DNA of 33,502 nucleotides from Elusimicrobiota bacterium (GTDB taxonomy: Bacteria; Elusimicrobiota; Elusimicrobia; UBA1565): assembly GCA_043827405.1 (NCBI GenBank), contig JBDRPD010000015.1, positions 1 through 33,502 of the forward strand, given 5' to 3'. Within the stretch, counting starts at the first letter, position 1, and each line of letters begins with the position of its first letter. A model generated the notes under the pieces. It was not told where the DNA came from and ran no database searches. It saw nothing but the letters and a program-made list of their open reading frames with translations. Below, one piece after another: positions 1-8,774 of this stretch. The position numbers and the translations under genes are program-made.

Positions 1-473
1 ACGATTACAAACGCCACGGCACGACCACCTTGTTCGCCGCCCTCAGCATGATTGATGGGAAAGTGATCGGAGACTGCATGCCGCGACACCGGCATCAAGA
101 GTTCATCCGTTTCCTCAAAAAAATCGACGCCGAGACTTCGCCCGAACTGGACCTTCATCTGATCGTTGACAATTACGCGACCCACAAGCATCCCCGCGTA
201 AAATCCTGGATGCGAAGACATCCGAGGTTTCATCTGCATTTCATCCCGACATCAAGTTCCTGGCTGAACATGGTCGAGCGATGGTTCCGCGAGATTACCG
301 ACAAGCGAATCCGCCGCGGAGTATTCCGCAGCGTCCCGGAGTTGATTGCCGCTATTGAGGAATACTTGGACAATCACAACCAGAACCCGCGGGTTTTCAC
401 ATGGACCGCCTCGCCCGGGCGTATCATGGCCAAGGTCCTCAAAAGTAAAGAAGTGTTGGAGACACTACACTAG
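1..473 (+). mobile_element. IS630-family insertion sequence, 3' part (DDE transposase C-terminus, cut by window edge)
   Basis: Frame from base 3 reads [14 protein letters not shown]...[10 protein letters not shown]...[17 protein letters not shown], typical IS630 DDE motifs. It ends in ACACTACACTAG with the stop in the terminal CTAG. Confidence 0.93.
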
Positions 474-516
474 CTGTTTTCTCCGTCCGGGAACTTTTGT
501 CCGTCCGTGGTGTCCT

Positions 517-1443
517 ATGATTATGGACATCTACGCACGCTTGGGATCTTCCCCGCTGCTCAGCCGCAAGAAGGAGAAGGAGATCGCTCGGCGGCTTCGC
601 CGCCTGGAAAAGGAACTGCGCCGCCGGCGCCGGCGGCGTGAGGCGCTGCGCAGCGGCCGCCGCGGTGCGGCCGAGCGCCGGCGTCTGAACCGCGCGATAA
701 GGGCGTTGGAGGATGACGTCCGCCGGGAGCAGAACATCCTGATAGAGGCGAACCTGCGCCTCGTGATCTCGATCGCGAAAAGGTATTTCCACAGCCATTT
801 CGAGCTGTCCGATTTGGTCCAGGAAGGCGGGGTCGGCCTGATGCGGATGGTCGCGCGCTACGACCCCGGTGCGGGCTGCCGCTTCTCGACCTACGCCACG
901 TGGTGGATACGGCAGTCGATCAGCCGGGCGATCTCCGACAAGGCGCGCACGATCAGAATCCCGGTGCATGTCCTTGAGCTGATCGCGCGCATGCACCGTT
1001 TCTCGGACAGCTACCGCCAGCGGCACGGCCGCGAGCCCGAGGTCCGTGATTACTCCCGCCGGCTCCGCGTGCGCTGCGATAAGATTCGGCTGGCGCTGGC
1101 GCTGATGCAGGTGACGCTGTCGCTCTCGGACACCGCCCGCGAAAGGCCGGAGGACTTGGCCGAAAAGCTGGAGGACCATGATTCCCCGTCGCCGTGGGAC
1201 ACCGTCTGCGAGACGTTCCGCAACGAGGCGCTGGCGCGGGCGATCGCGCGTCTGTCGGCGCGCGAGGCGGGGATCCTGCGGCTGCGCTACGGCCTGGACG
1301 CGCCGCGGACGCATACCCTGCGCGAGGTCGGGCGCCGCTTTAACGTGAGCCGTGAGCGCATACGGCAGATCGAATGCGAGGCTCTGGATAAGCTGCGCGA
1401 TCCCCGGATAAACAACGGGCTCCAGGACTACTATCAGGCATAA
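517..1443 (+). CDS. RNA polymerase sigma-70 factor, RpoD/RpoS-like, lacking region 1.1
   Basis: Region 1.2-like PLLSRKKEKEIA; region 2 EANLRLVISIAKRY, DLVQEG, RFSTYATWWIRQ, ARTIRIPVH; region 4 TLREVGRRFNVSRERIRQIE. The ORF-track start at 346 lies inside the IS, so ATG 517 or 523 is more likely. Confidence 0.9.
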   Translation: MIMDIYARLGSSPLLSRKKEKEIARRLRRLEKELRRRRRRREALRSGRRGAAERRRLNRAIRALEDDVRREQNILIEANLRLVISIAKRYFHSHFELSDLVQEGGVGLMRMVARYDPGAGCRFSTYATWWIRQSISRAISDKARTIRIPVHVLELIARMHRFSDSYRQRHGREPEVRDYSRRLRVRCDKIRLALALMQVTLSLSDTARERPEDLAEKLEDHDSPSPWDTVCETFRNEALARAIARLSAREAGILRLRYGLDAPRTHTLREVGRRFNVSRERIRQIECEALDKLRDPRINNGLQDYYQA

Positions 1444-1512
1444 CGCGCGCGCCGCGTCATGTACTAGAATATGCTCCGGTATGCGAAAGTCAGCATCGAG
1501 CGGCGGCTCAAT

Positions 1513-2643
1513 ATGAGGCGGACACGGAACCTGTGGTTCGTGCTGCCTCTGGCGGCGGCCTTTATACTCGGTCTCTGGGCGGCGCGCTCGCGGCCGGCGG
1601 GCGAGACGCCGCCCGCTTTCGAGCTGCCCCGGCCGGCGGCCAAGGCCGAAGCCCCCGCAGCTCAAGAGGAGGGGCTGTCGCCGGAGGAAAGGTCGACGAT
1701 ACGGCTCTTTCAAAGGTCCATGAATTCCGTCGTCTACATCACGACCTTGGTCGTCCGCCGCGGCTTTTTCAATCTCAACGCGACCGAGGTCCCGGCCGGC
1801 ACCGGCTCGGGATTCTTATGGGACGATAAGGGCCATATCGTGACCAACTACCATGTCATCCGGGGGGCCGACGCGGCGCGCATTACTCTCGCCGACGGCT
1901 CCACGCATGAGGCACGGCTGATCGGGGCGGCCCCGGACAAGGATATCGCGGTGCTCAAGATCGACGTAAAGGGAAAGAAGCTTTCGGCGCTCAGCATCGG
2001 TCGATCGCATGATCTTAAGGTGGGGCAGCGGGTTTATGCGATCGGCAATCCTTTCGGTCTCGATCACACCTTGACCACCGGCATCATCAGCGCTCTGGGC
2101 CGGGAAATCCAGTCCATCACGCGGCGTCCGATCCAGGACGTCATCCAGACCGACGCCGCCATCAATCCCGGCAACTCCGGCGGGCCGCTGCTGGACAGCT
2201 CGGGCCGGCTGATCGGCGTCAATACGCTGATCTACAGCCCTTCCGGGGCGTTCGCCGGCATCGGCTTCGCCGTGCCGGTCGATATCGTCAAACGGATCGT
2301 TCCCGAGCTTATCAAACACGGCAAAGTGATGCGGCCGGGGCTGGGGATTCTGCCGGCTCGCGACGACGTGACGCGCCAGATCGGCGTCAACGGCGTGCTG
2401 ATCCTGAATGTGACGAGCGGCAGCGTCGCCGATCGCGCCCAGCTGCGGCCGACGCGCCGGGACAGCCAGGGGAACCTCCATTTAGGAGACGTCATTACCG
2501 CCATCGACGACCGCCCGGTGCGGGAACTCAACGACCTCTTCAAGGCATTGGACAACTATCAAGTCGGCGATGAGGTCGAGGTCGCCTGCTTGCGCGACGG
2601 TCGCGAGCGTAAAGTCCGCCTGAACCTCCAGTCGCTGGACTAA
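1513..2643 (+). CDS. HtrA/DegP-family trypsin-like serine protease with one PDZ domain
   Basis: N-terminal TM segment, GTGSGF, VTNYHV (His), DIAVLKI (Asp), QTDAAINPGNSGGPL (Ser), C-terminal PDZ GDVITAID. Start 1471 or 1513. Confidence 0.93.
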   Translation: MRRTRNLWFVLPLAAAFILGLWAARSRPAGETPPAFELPRPAAKAEAPAAQEEGLSPEERSTIRLFQRSMNSVVYITTLVVRRGFFNLNATEVPAGTGSGFLWDDKGHIVTNYHVIRGADAARITLADGSTHEARLIGAAPDKDIAVLKIDVKGKKLSALSIGRSHDLKVGQRVYAIGNPFGLDHTLTTGIISALGREIQSITRRPIQDVIQTDAAINPGNSGGPLLDSSGRLIGVNTLIYSPSGAFAGIGFAVPVDIVKRIVPELIKHGKVMRPGLGILPARDDVTRQIGVNGVLILNVTSGSVADRAQLRPTRRDSQGNLHLGDVITAIDDRPVRELNDLFKALDNYQVGDEVEVACLRDGRERKVRLNLQSLD

Positions 2644-2730
2644 TATCCGCTCCGCCGGCCTTGCCAGGCGCGGCGCAAACTCTCTAAACTACATGCGCAG
2701 CGGACGTTTGCTTCCGTTTGCGGAGGAGCT

Positions 2731-5349
2731 ATGAAGCGCACAATTTTACGTCGATCCATCCGGGCGGACTTCCTGCTGATGCTGCCCGTCCTGCTGCTGG
2801 CCGGCTGCGCGGGAGGGCTGGGCTGGGGGCCGAAGGGGAGCGCGAGCCGCAGCAGCGGCAAGGCGTCTTCGGCGGCGAATATCCTTCCGGTTCTCGTGCA
2901 GTCTCTGCAGCACGATAACCCCGAGATCCGCTACAAGTCGGTCGTGGCGATTGATGAGCTGGGCGCGGCCGCGGAGACCGCCGCTCCCGATCTTATTTTC
3001 CTCTTGGACGATCCGGTACGTAAGGTCCGTGAATCCGCGGCCGATGCGCTGGTGAAGATCGGTCCCGGCGCGGTGGCGCCCCTGATCGCCGCGGTTAAGG
3101 ACAAGCGCTATCCGGGAATCCGGCAGGGGGTGTTTCCCGTGCTGGCGAAGATGGGCGGGCAGGCCGCGCCGGCGCTGCCGGCGCTGCAAAACGCGGCGCA
3201 GGAAAGCGATCCCAATATCCAGTCGATGGCGAATGCCGCCATCAACGTTATCAGCCGCCGGAGCGGGGGGAAGGCCGCAAGCAAGGGCAAGTTCTGGCGC
3301 TGGGGACGCAAGAGCAAGGGCGAGCGCGTGGAGAAAGAGTCTCCGGCGGTCGAGCCGCAGGCCGCACCGGCGCCTCCGCCGCCGGCGCCCCAAGCCATGA
3401 TTTCCGGTCCCATCAGTATCGGCGAGCTGGTGCGCGCGCTGTCGCGTCCGGAGGCGGAGTATCGCCGGCAGGCTGTCGCCAATTTGGAATTCAAGGAGGC
3501 GGAAAACGCCGAGGTGCTGCCGGTGCTTATTCATGTCGCGCTCAATGACACGGACGATGCGGTGCGGGCGGCGGCCGCGGGCACGCTGAAGGAGCTGGGC
3601 GCGCAGCCCGCCTCCGTGCTGATTTTGTCGCTGACGCATCCCGACGCGAAGGTGCGGCAAAACGCCGTTAGCGCGCTGGGCGTTATCGGCCCGGTTACCG
3701 ATTCCGTAATCCCCGCGCTGATGGATGCCTGCTTGGACGGCAAGACGCAGGACGGTGCGGTTACCGCGCTTTCCAATATCGGGCTGCCCGCGGTCCCGGC
3801 GCTGATCAAAGCGCTGAGTTATGACGCGGCGCAGGGCTCGGCGGGGAAGGCCTTGGTGCGCATCGGGCGGCCGGCGGCGCCGGCCGTGGCCCAGGCGCTC
3901 GCCGACGCCGGCGCCGCCGGCCGCGCGGCCGACGCTTTGGCCGCGATCGGCGCCCCGGCCGTCCCGGCGCTGCTCGACAGCTTCGCCGCCGGGGAGCATA
4001 AAGACCGGTCGGCGGTGCTCGTGCGCATTGGCCGGCCGGCGGTGCCGCTGCTGATCACCGCTTTACGCGAGCGAGAGGAAAAAATACGCCAGAGCAGCGG
4101 CTTGACGCTGTGCCAAATGGGACCGTCCGCCGCGGATGCGCTGCCGGCTTTCATTGAAGTGCTTAAGAAGCACCGCTCCGAGGTCGAGCTCTACCCGCTA
4201 TGGCGTTTCGGCGCGGCCGGCGCACCGGCGCTGATTGAAGCGACGCGTGATAAAAGTCCGGAGATACGTCTGCTCGCCTTCCAGTCCCTGGCGCAATTGA
4301 GCCCGGTCCCGGAGGAGGCCGTTCCTTCCTTCATCGTCGCGCTGCACGACACCGACCAGCGCATCGGCGATTTCGCGGTGATCGCGATCAAGGATTTGGG
4401 TGACCAAGCGGTGCCGGCTTTGACGGCGGCGCTGAGAAGCCCGGTCCAGGCCGACAGCCGGTCGGCGGCGGAGGCGCTGGGTTTTATCGGTGAGCCGGCG
4501 AGGAAGGCGATCGAACCGCTGCGCGAAGCCTTGCTGCGGCATGCGGATGCCGGGGTGCGCAAGCGCGCCGCGTTCGCTTTGGGGGCATTGGACCAGAAGG
4601 CGAAGAGCGCCGTACCGGACCTCATCGCGGCGCTGGAAGACGAACCCGTCCGTTGGTGGGCGGCTGAAGCTCTGCGCAAAATCGGCCCGGCGGCCGTGCC
4701 GGCTCTGACGCGGATGCTGCACGACGATATGAATCCGCTGCAGTTTCGTGCGGCGCTGATGCTCACCCAGCTTGCGCCCGGACATGAGCGCATTCCCGTC
4801 GTGCTGCTTAGCGCGCTTCAGGCGGAAGATCCCGGGGTGCGCTACCAGAGCGCTCTGGCGCTGGGGGCAAATCCCGGCCTGTCCGAGCAGTCGATTCCGG
4901 CCTTGATCAGGGTGCTTGAGGATGCCGACGCCGGCGTCCGGTTCGCCGCCGCGGCGGCGCTCGGACGTCTCGGCGCGCCGGCCGTCGAGCCGCTGCTGCG
5001 GGCCGCCGTCAAGGTGGATTCGCCGCTTTCGCCGGGCGCCATGAACGCGCTGCGGATGCTCGATTCCGCCGCCGCGCCGGCGCTCACGGCGTCACTGAAG
5101 GACAAGGCAACGCGGGCGCTGGCTTCCGATACCCTGCTGCGGATGGGGCCCAAAGCCGTTCCGTCATTGATCGCGGAACTTGACGCGGCCGGTCCGCGGG
5201 GCCCCGCCGGGAGCATCCTGGCGCGTATGGGCAATGACGCGGTACCGGCGCTCAAATATGCGCTGACCGAAGGACGCGACGCCCTGAAAAGAGGCGCCGC
5301 GCTCACGCTCAAGGAAATCGGGACGCCGGAAGCGCTCGCCGGACTGTAG
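2731..5349 (+). CDS. HEAT-repeat (PBS-lyase type) putative lipoprotein
   Basis: GGAGGAG RBS, lipobox LLAGC, many AVPALIxAL..D..VR..AA.ALG.IG repeats. Confidence 0.85.
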   Translation: MKRTILRRSIRADFLLMLPVLLLAGCAGGLGWGPKGSASRSSGKASSAANILPVLVQSLQHDNPEIRYKSVVAIDELGAAAETAAPDLIFLLDDPVRKVRESAADALVKIGPGAVAPLIAAVKDKRYPGIRQGVFPVLAKMGGQAAPALPALQNAAQESDPNIQSMANAAINVISRRSGGKAASKGKFWRWGRKSKGERVEKESPAVEPQAAPAPPPPAPQAMISGPISIGELVRALSRPEAEYRRQAVANLEFKEAENAEVLPVLIHVALNDTDDAVRAAAAGTLKELGAQPASVLILSLTHPDAKVRQNAVSALGVIGPVTDSVIPALMDACLDGKTQDGAVTALSNIGLPAVPALIKALSYDAAQGSAGKALVRIGRPAAPAVAQALADAGAAGRAADALAAIGAPAVPALLDSFAAGEHKDRSAVLVRIGRPAVPLLITALREREEKIRQSSGLTLCQMGPSAADALPAFIEVLKKHRSEVELYPLWRFGAAGAPALIEATRDKSPEIRLLAFQSLAQLSPVPEEAVPSFIVALHDTDQRIGDFAVIAIKDLGDQAVPALTAALRSPVQADSRSAAEALGFIGEPARKAIEPLREALLRHADAGVRKRAAFALGALDQKAKSAVPDLIAALEDEPVRWWAAEALRKIGPAAVPALTRMLHDDMNPLQFRAALMLTQLAPGHERIPVVLLSALQAEDPGVRYQSALALGANPGLSEQSIPALIRVLEDADAGVRFAAAAALGRLGAPAVEPLLRAAVKVDSPLSPGAMNALRMLDSAAAPALTASLKDKATRALASDTLLRMGPKAVPSLIAELDAAGPRGPAGSILARMGNDAVPALKYALTEGRDALKRGAALTLKEIGTPEALAGL

Positions 5350-5450
5350 GGTCCGCCGTATATAGCTTCCGCCTGCCGCCCTGTTAAATATTCGGGGCTG
5401 CGGGACCCTTGCGCGGGCGGGCGGGATGGCGCAAAATAGGTGGCAGGACC

Positions 5451-7328
5451 GTGCAGAACTGGGACTATAGGTTAAAGGAGCTTTCCCGCAAGCCCGCGGT
5501 GTGGGCCGCCGGCGCCGTGCTGACCATCGCGGTTCTCTACGCGGCGTTTAGCGGCCCGCCGGCGCGGCGCGGCGCTTTTTTGTTTCCGACCAATGAGGGA
5601 CCGCTCACGGCGAGAGGAGACCGTGGGGGGCTTGCCCCCGGCAGGCCGTACGGCGCGGAGGACGTGGGAGGCTCGCTCGGCCTGGCGCCGGGCTTCGACG
5701 ACAGCCCCGGTCCGGCGGAGGAGGCGGCGGAAAAAGGGGACTTTATCGAGGCGCTCAATGAGATCGCCGCGGAGCCGCCGGCAAAAAAGCCCAGGAAGGA
5801 GCGCGGGATCATCGCCCGCATGAAGTCGGCCTTGTCGAGCTGGGGCGGCTCTTCGGGGAGCGGTTCTTCCGCCGGTTTGGCCGCCCCCAGCGCGCGCGCG
5901 CTCGCCAAACGCGGCAGCGGCCCCGGCACCATGCATCAGGTAGACTCTTCCCCGGATTTTCGCGCGGTGTATCAAAACTCGGATCCCGGGGCGGTGCGTC
6001 ATTCCGAACGCGGAGACGGCATCCTGGCGGCCGCGGGCGAGAAGGCGGCCAATGTTTTCAAGAACCTGCTGCCGGGGAGTCTGGCGGACGGCAAGCCTTC
6101 GGCCGGCGCTTCGCTCGCGAAGGGCGCGCCCGACGGCAAGACCGCGCAGAGCGACGTTCCGAAGGATATCGAAGGCAAGCCGGTCGAGAAGAAGGACGCC
6201 AAGAAGCCCGAGTCGCAGCCGGGCAGCGGCAGTCCCTCCGCGCCGAGCGCGGGAAGCCCGGGAGCGGAAGAGGAGAAGAAGCCGCCGCCGGGCGAGAAGG
6301 AAGGAGAGGGAATCAATACCGGGGTCAGCCAAGCGGGACTGCACGGCGATATGAAGGCCGCCGTCGAATACGGCAAGGCTTTGCAGAAGGCCGGTGAAAA
6401 AGGGTGTTCTGATGACGGCGGGGGAGCGACGCGGCCGAGCTATACCGGCGGCGCCTGCATGGCGCGCGCCTCGGGCCCGAAAAATCAGCTGCAGTCCGTG
6501 AGCGACTATAAGCCGGACGATGTCGAAAAGGCCGCCCGTAGAGGCCTTGACGGCGTTCCCGAGCCGCCTAAGTCCGACAAGCCGATCACGCTAAGCTTCA
6601 AATACGACATCAAGAAGGCGCAAGACCTGATCGGCGATGGGCACAGTGCGCAGCAAGCCGCTCTGGTCAGCGGGAATGCCTACAAAGATGCGCTTGGACG
6701 CAGCGGTCGCGCCGTACTGGAGCAAAACGAGCTGAATGTCGGTTTGAGCAGGAAGGTGGTGCCCTACGTCAAGACCGAGCTCCTTACGGGGGGAGATGCG
6801 AATCTCTCCGCGCTGAGCGGGCAAATGAGCGGTGCCGGTACGCAGTGGGATACGGCGACCGCTCTGCCCCCGGCCGAGCAGACGGCGATGAAGCAGCAGG
6901 CGTGGGGAACAGCGCAGGGCGCTATGGGTACGTACTCCGGGAAGACGACCGCCTTGGTCGGGAAAGGCCAGTCCTTGGAGGGCGAGGCCAATGCGGTCGG
7001 GGAGAAGTCGCAGGCGGTTTACGCGAGTGTGAGCAAGGATGCGCAGAGCTATGACTACAAGTATCAGGAGGACCTGATCGTGCTAAAGTCCAACATCGCC
7101 GCCCTGCGCGGCGAGCTGCAGCGTTCCGCCGACGCGCCTATCGGCCAGGAAGATCCCGCCAGCGCTTGGAATTTGACCCGCGGCGATATCGAGGGGGAAC
7201 TCAGCAATCTGCAGTCGCTTGCCGACCGGCATGCCGGGATTCGAACCGAATACCAGAGCCGCTACGACAGCGTCAAGGCGGCCGCCAAGGCCGCCTGCCA
7301 GTCGGTGGAAAAAACCTGCGGCAAGTAG
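5451..7328 (+). CDS. Large hypothetical protein: N-terminal membrane anchor, low-complexity G/S/P/K middle, helical C-terminus
   Basis: Long ORF with hydrophobic AVWAAGAVLTIAVLYAAF. GTG 5451 is preceded by AGGA. No recognisable family. Confidence 0.7.
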   Translation: MQNWDYRLKELSRKPAVWAAGAVLTIAVLYAAFSGPPARRGAFLFPTNEGPLTARGDRGGLAPGRPYGAEDVGGSLGLAPGFDDSPGPAEEAAEKGDFIEALNEIAAEPPAKKPRKERGIIARMKSALSSWGGSSGSGSSAGLAAPSARALAKRGSGPGTMHQVDSSPDFRAVYQNSDPGAVRHSERGDGILAAAGEKAANVFKNLLPGSLADGKPSAGASLAKGAPDGKTAQSDVPKDIEGKPVEKKDAKKPESQPGSGSPSAPSAGSPGAEEEKKPPPGEKEGEGINTGVSQAGLHGDMKAAVEYGKALQKAGEKGCSDDGGGATRPSYTGGACMARASGPKNQLQSVSDYKPDDVEKAARRGLDGVPEPPKSDKPITLSFKYDIKKAQDLIGDGHSAQQAALVSGNAYKDALGRSGRAVLEQNELNVGLSRKVVPYVKTELLTGGDANLSALSGQMSGAGTQWDTATALPPAEQTAMKQQAWGTAQGAMGTYSGKTTALVGKGQSLEGEANAVGEKSQAVYASVSKDAQSYDYKYQEDLIVLKSNIAALRGELQRSADAPIGQEDPASAWNLTRGDIEGELSNLQSLADRHAGIRTEYQSRYDSVKAAAKAACQSVEKTCGK

Positions 7329-7329
7329 C

Positions 7330-7920
7330 TTAGAACGAAGAGCCCGGCCGCTTGAGGAACTCTACCTCAACCGGGGAACTGGCGCGTCCGAGGATGGTGT
7401 TGCGGTGGGGAAAGCGGCCGAACTCGGCGACGATGTCGTGGTGCCGCTGGGCGAACTCCAAGGTGCCCTCGAAGTAGGCTTTCTGCTCGGGCGGTGCGGC
7501 TTCGGCGATGACTCCGAACTTCTGCAGCGACTGCTTCTGCCGCTCCAGGTCTTCGGAGTGCATGAGCGGCAGGTAAAAGAAGCAGCGTTCGATCAGCGTC
7601 AGGCGGTAGTCGCTGCCTTCCGCCAGGCCCCGCAGCAGCGTATCGAGCGCCGTCTCGTCGCCCATGAAGGCCTCCGGCTTGCCGCGGTGGATATTGCGCG
7701 GGAACTGATCGAGGAGGAGAATGAGGGCCAGCGCCCCGTGCGGGTCCGCTTTCCAGCCCGCGAGCTCGCCGTTGAGCGCCTGCGCCGTCAGCGCTCCGAA
7801 CCGGCGCCGGATATCTTCGTCGAAGGCTGGGTCCTTTTTCCACCACTTGCCGCGATTCTCCAGCGGCCGGGACTTGTCCTCGCCGAACCAGAAGCGGAGC
7901 ACTTCCTCGATATCTGCCAT
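7330..7920 (-). CDS. DUF924 family protein
   Basis: VLRFWF...LALILLLDQFPRNIHRG...FFYLPLMHSE...FGRFPHRNTILGR. Confidence 0.9.
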   Translation of the reverse strand: MADIEEVLRFWFGEDKSRPLENRGKWWKKDPAFDEDIRRRFGALTAQALNGELAGWKADPHGALALILLLDQFPRNIHRGKPEAFMGDETALDTLLRGLAEGSDYRLTLIERCFFYLPLMHSEDLERQKQSLQKFGVIAEAAPPEQKAYFEGTLEFAQRHHDIVAEFGRFPHRNTILGRASSPVEVEFLKRPGSSF

Positions 7921-7926
7921 CGGCTC

Positions 7927-7983
7927 ATGATACCAAAAGCCCGTTTGGAATTGATTGACAAATCGGGGCAAACGGGATATTCT
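7927..7983. promoter_or_regulatory. Divergent sigma-70 promoters, probably leaderless transcripts
   Basis: Plus strand: TTGACA (7955-7960), 17 nt, TATTCT (7978-7983), 8 nt before ATG 7992. Minus strand: TGgTATCAT, 6 nt before ATG 7920. Confidence 0.65.
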
Positions 7984-7991
7984 GCATAGCG

Positions 7992-8774
7992 ATGGGATAT
8001 GCGCTCGCTTCTATTGTGCTGTTGGCGTTCGCGGCCGGCGCTTCGGCCGCGCCGCCCCAAGATATGTCGCTGATCCCCGGCGGCGGGTTCTCCATGGGTT
8101 CCTCGCTCGGCAAGGGTTATCCGAACGAACACCCCAAGCATACCGTCGAAGTGGACGCTTTCTGGATGGACCGCCATGAGGTAACGGCCGCGCAGTTTCG
8201 GGAGTTCTCCAAGGCGACGGGCCACCATATGAACAAGCAGCCTTTCCCCGATGAGGAGAACTATCCCGTCGTTTACGTCAACTGGAACGACGCGCAGGCC
8301 TATTGCGCGTATCACGGCAAGCGCCTGCCTACCGAAGCCGAATGGGAAAAAGCCGCCCGCGGCGGGTCCCCCGACGACTACTGCTTCGGCACCGCCGAGG
8401 TGCTGTTGGAAGAGTATGCTTGGTATGCGAGCAACGGAAACAAGCGTCCGCATCCGGTCGGACAGAAGAAGCCCAACGATTACGGTTTATACGACATGCA
8501 CGGCAACGTGCTCGAATGGGTCAGCGACTGGTACGCCCCGGAGTACTATTCCGTAAGCCCGACGCGCAACCCGCAGGGGGCCGTGGAGGGCAAGTACCGC
8601 GTGGTGCGCGGGGGGTCGGTCTATTTGAGCGCCGCGCTGCTGCGCGTGACGCATCGCATGAAGGGCAGCCAGGCGACGCGCTACAGCGGCCGGGGATTTC
8701 GCTGCGCGGCGTCCTATGCTCCGGTCAATGATGCAGAAAGCCGCAGGAGTCCGGCGGAGAACAGTAAGCCTTGA
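7992..8774 (+). CDS. Secreted formylglycine-generating-enzyme-like (SUMF1/EgtB/PvdO fold) protein
   Basis: Signal peptide, FSMGS, EHPKHTV, YPVVYVNWNDA, RLPTEAEWEKAARGG, GLYDMHGNVLEW, GFRC. Lacks the catalytic Cys pair of true FGE. Confidence 0.9.
   Translation: MGYALASIVLLAFAAGASAAPPQDMSLIPGGGFSMGSSLGKGYPNEHPKHTVEVDAFWMDRHEVTAAQFREFSKATGHHMNKQPFPDEENYPVVYVNWNDAQAYCAYHGKRLPTEAEWEKAARGGSPDDYCFGTAEVLLEEYAWYASNGNKRPHPVGQKKPNDYGLYDMHGNVLEWVSDWYAPEYYSVSPTRNPQGAVEGKYRVVRGGSVYLSAALLRVTHRMKGSQATRYSGRGFRCAASYAPVNDAESRRSPAENSKP

Noticed and set aside
346..516. ORF-track N-terminal extension of the sigma factor
   Set aside because: It lies mostly inside the IS630 coding sequence and has no sigma-like character.
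439..7989. Long antisense or overlapping ORFs (439-1713, 2746-3999, 5472-6344, 7219-7989)
   Set aside because: Shadow frames of well-supported genes in GC-rich DNA, with no motifs.
7992..8774. Active formylglycine-generating enzyme, or a DGR target protein
   Set aside because: The catalytic cysteines are absent, and no template repeat or reverse transcriptase is visible in the window.
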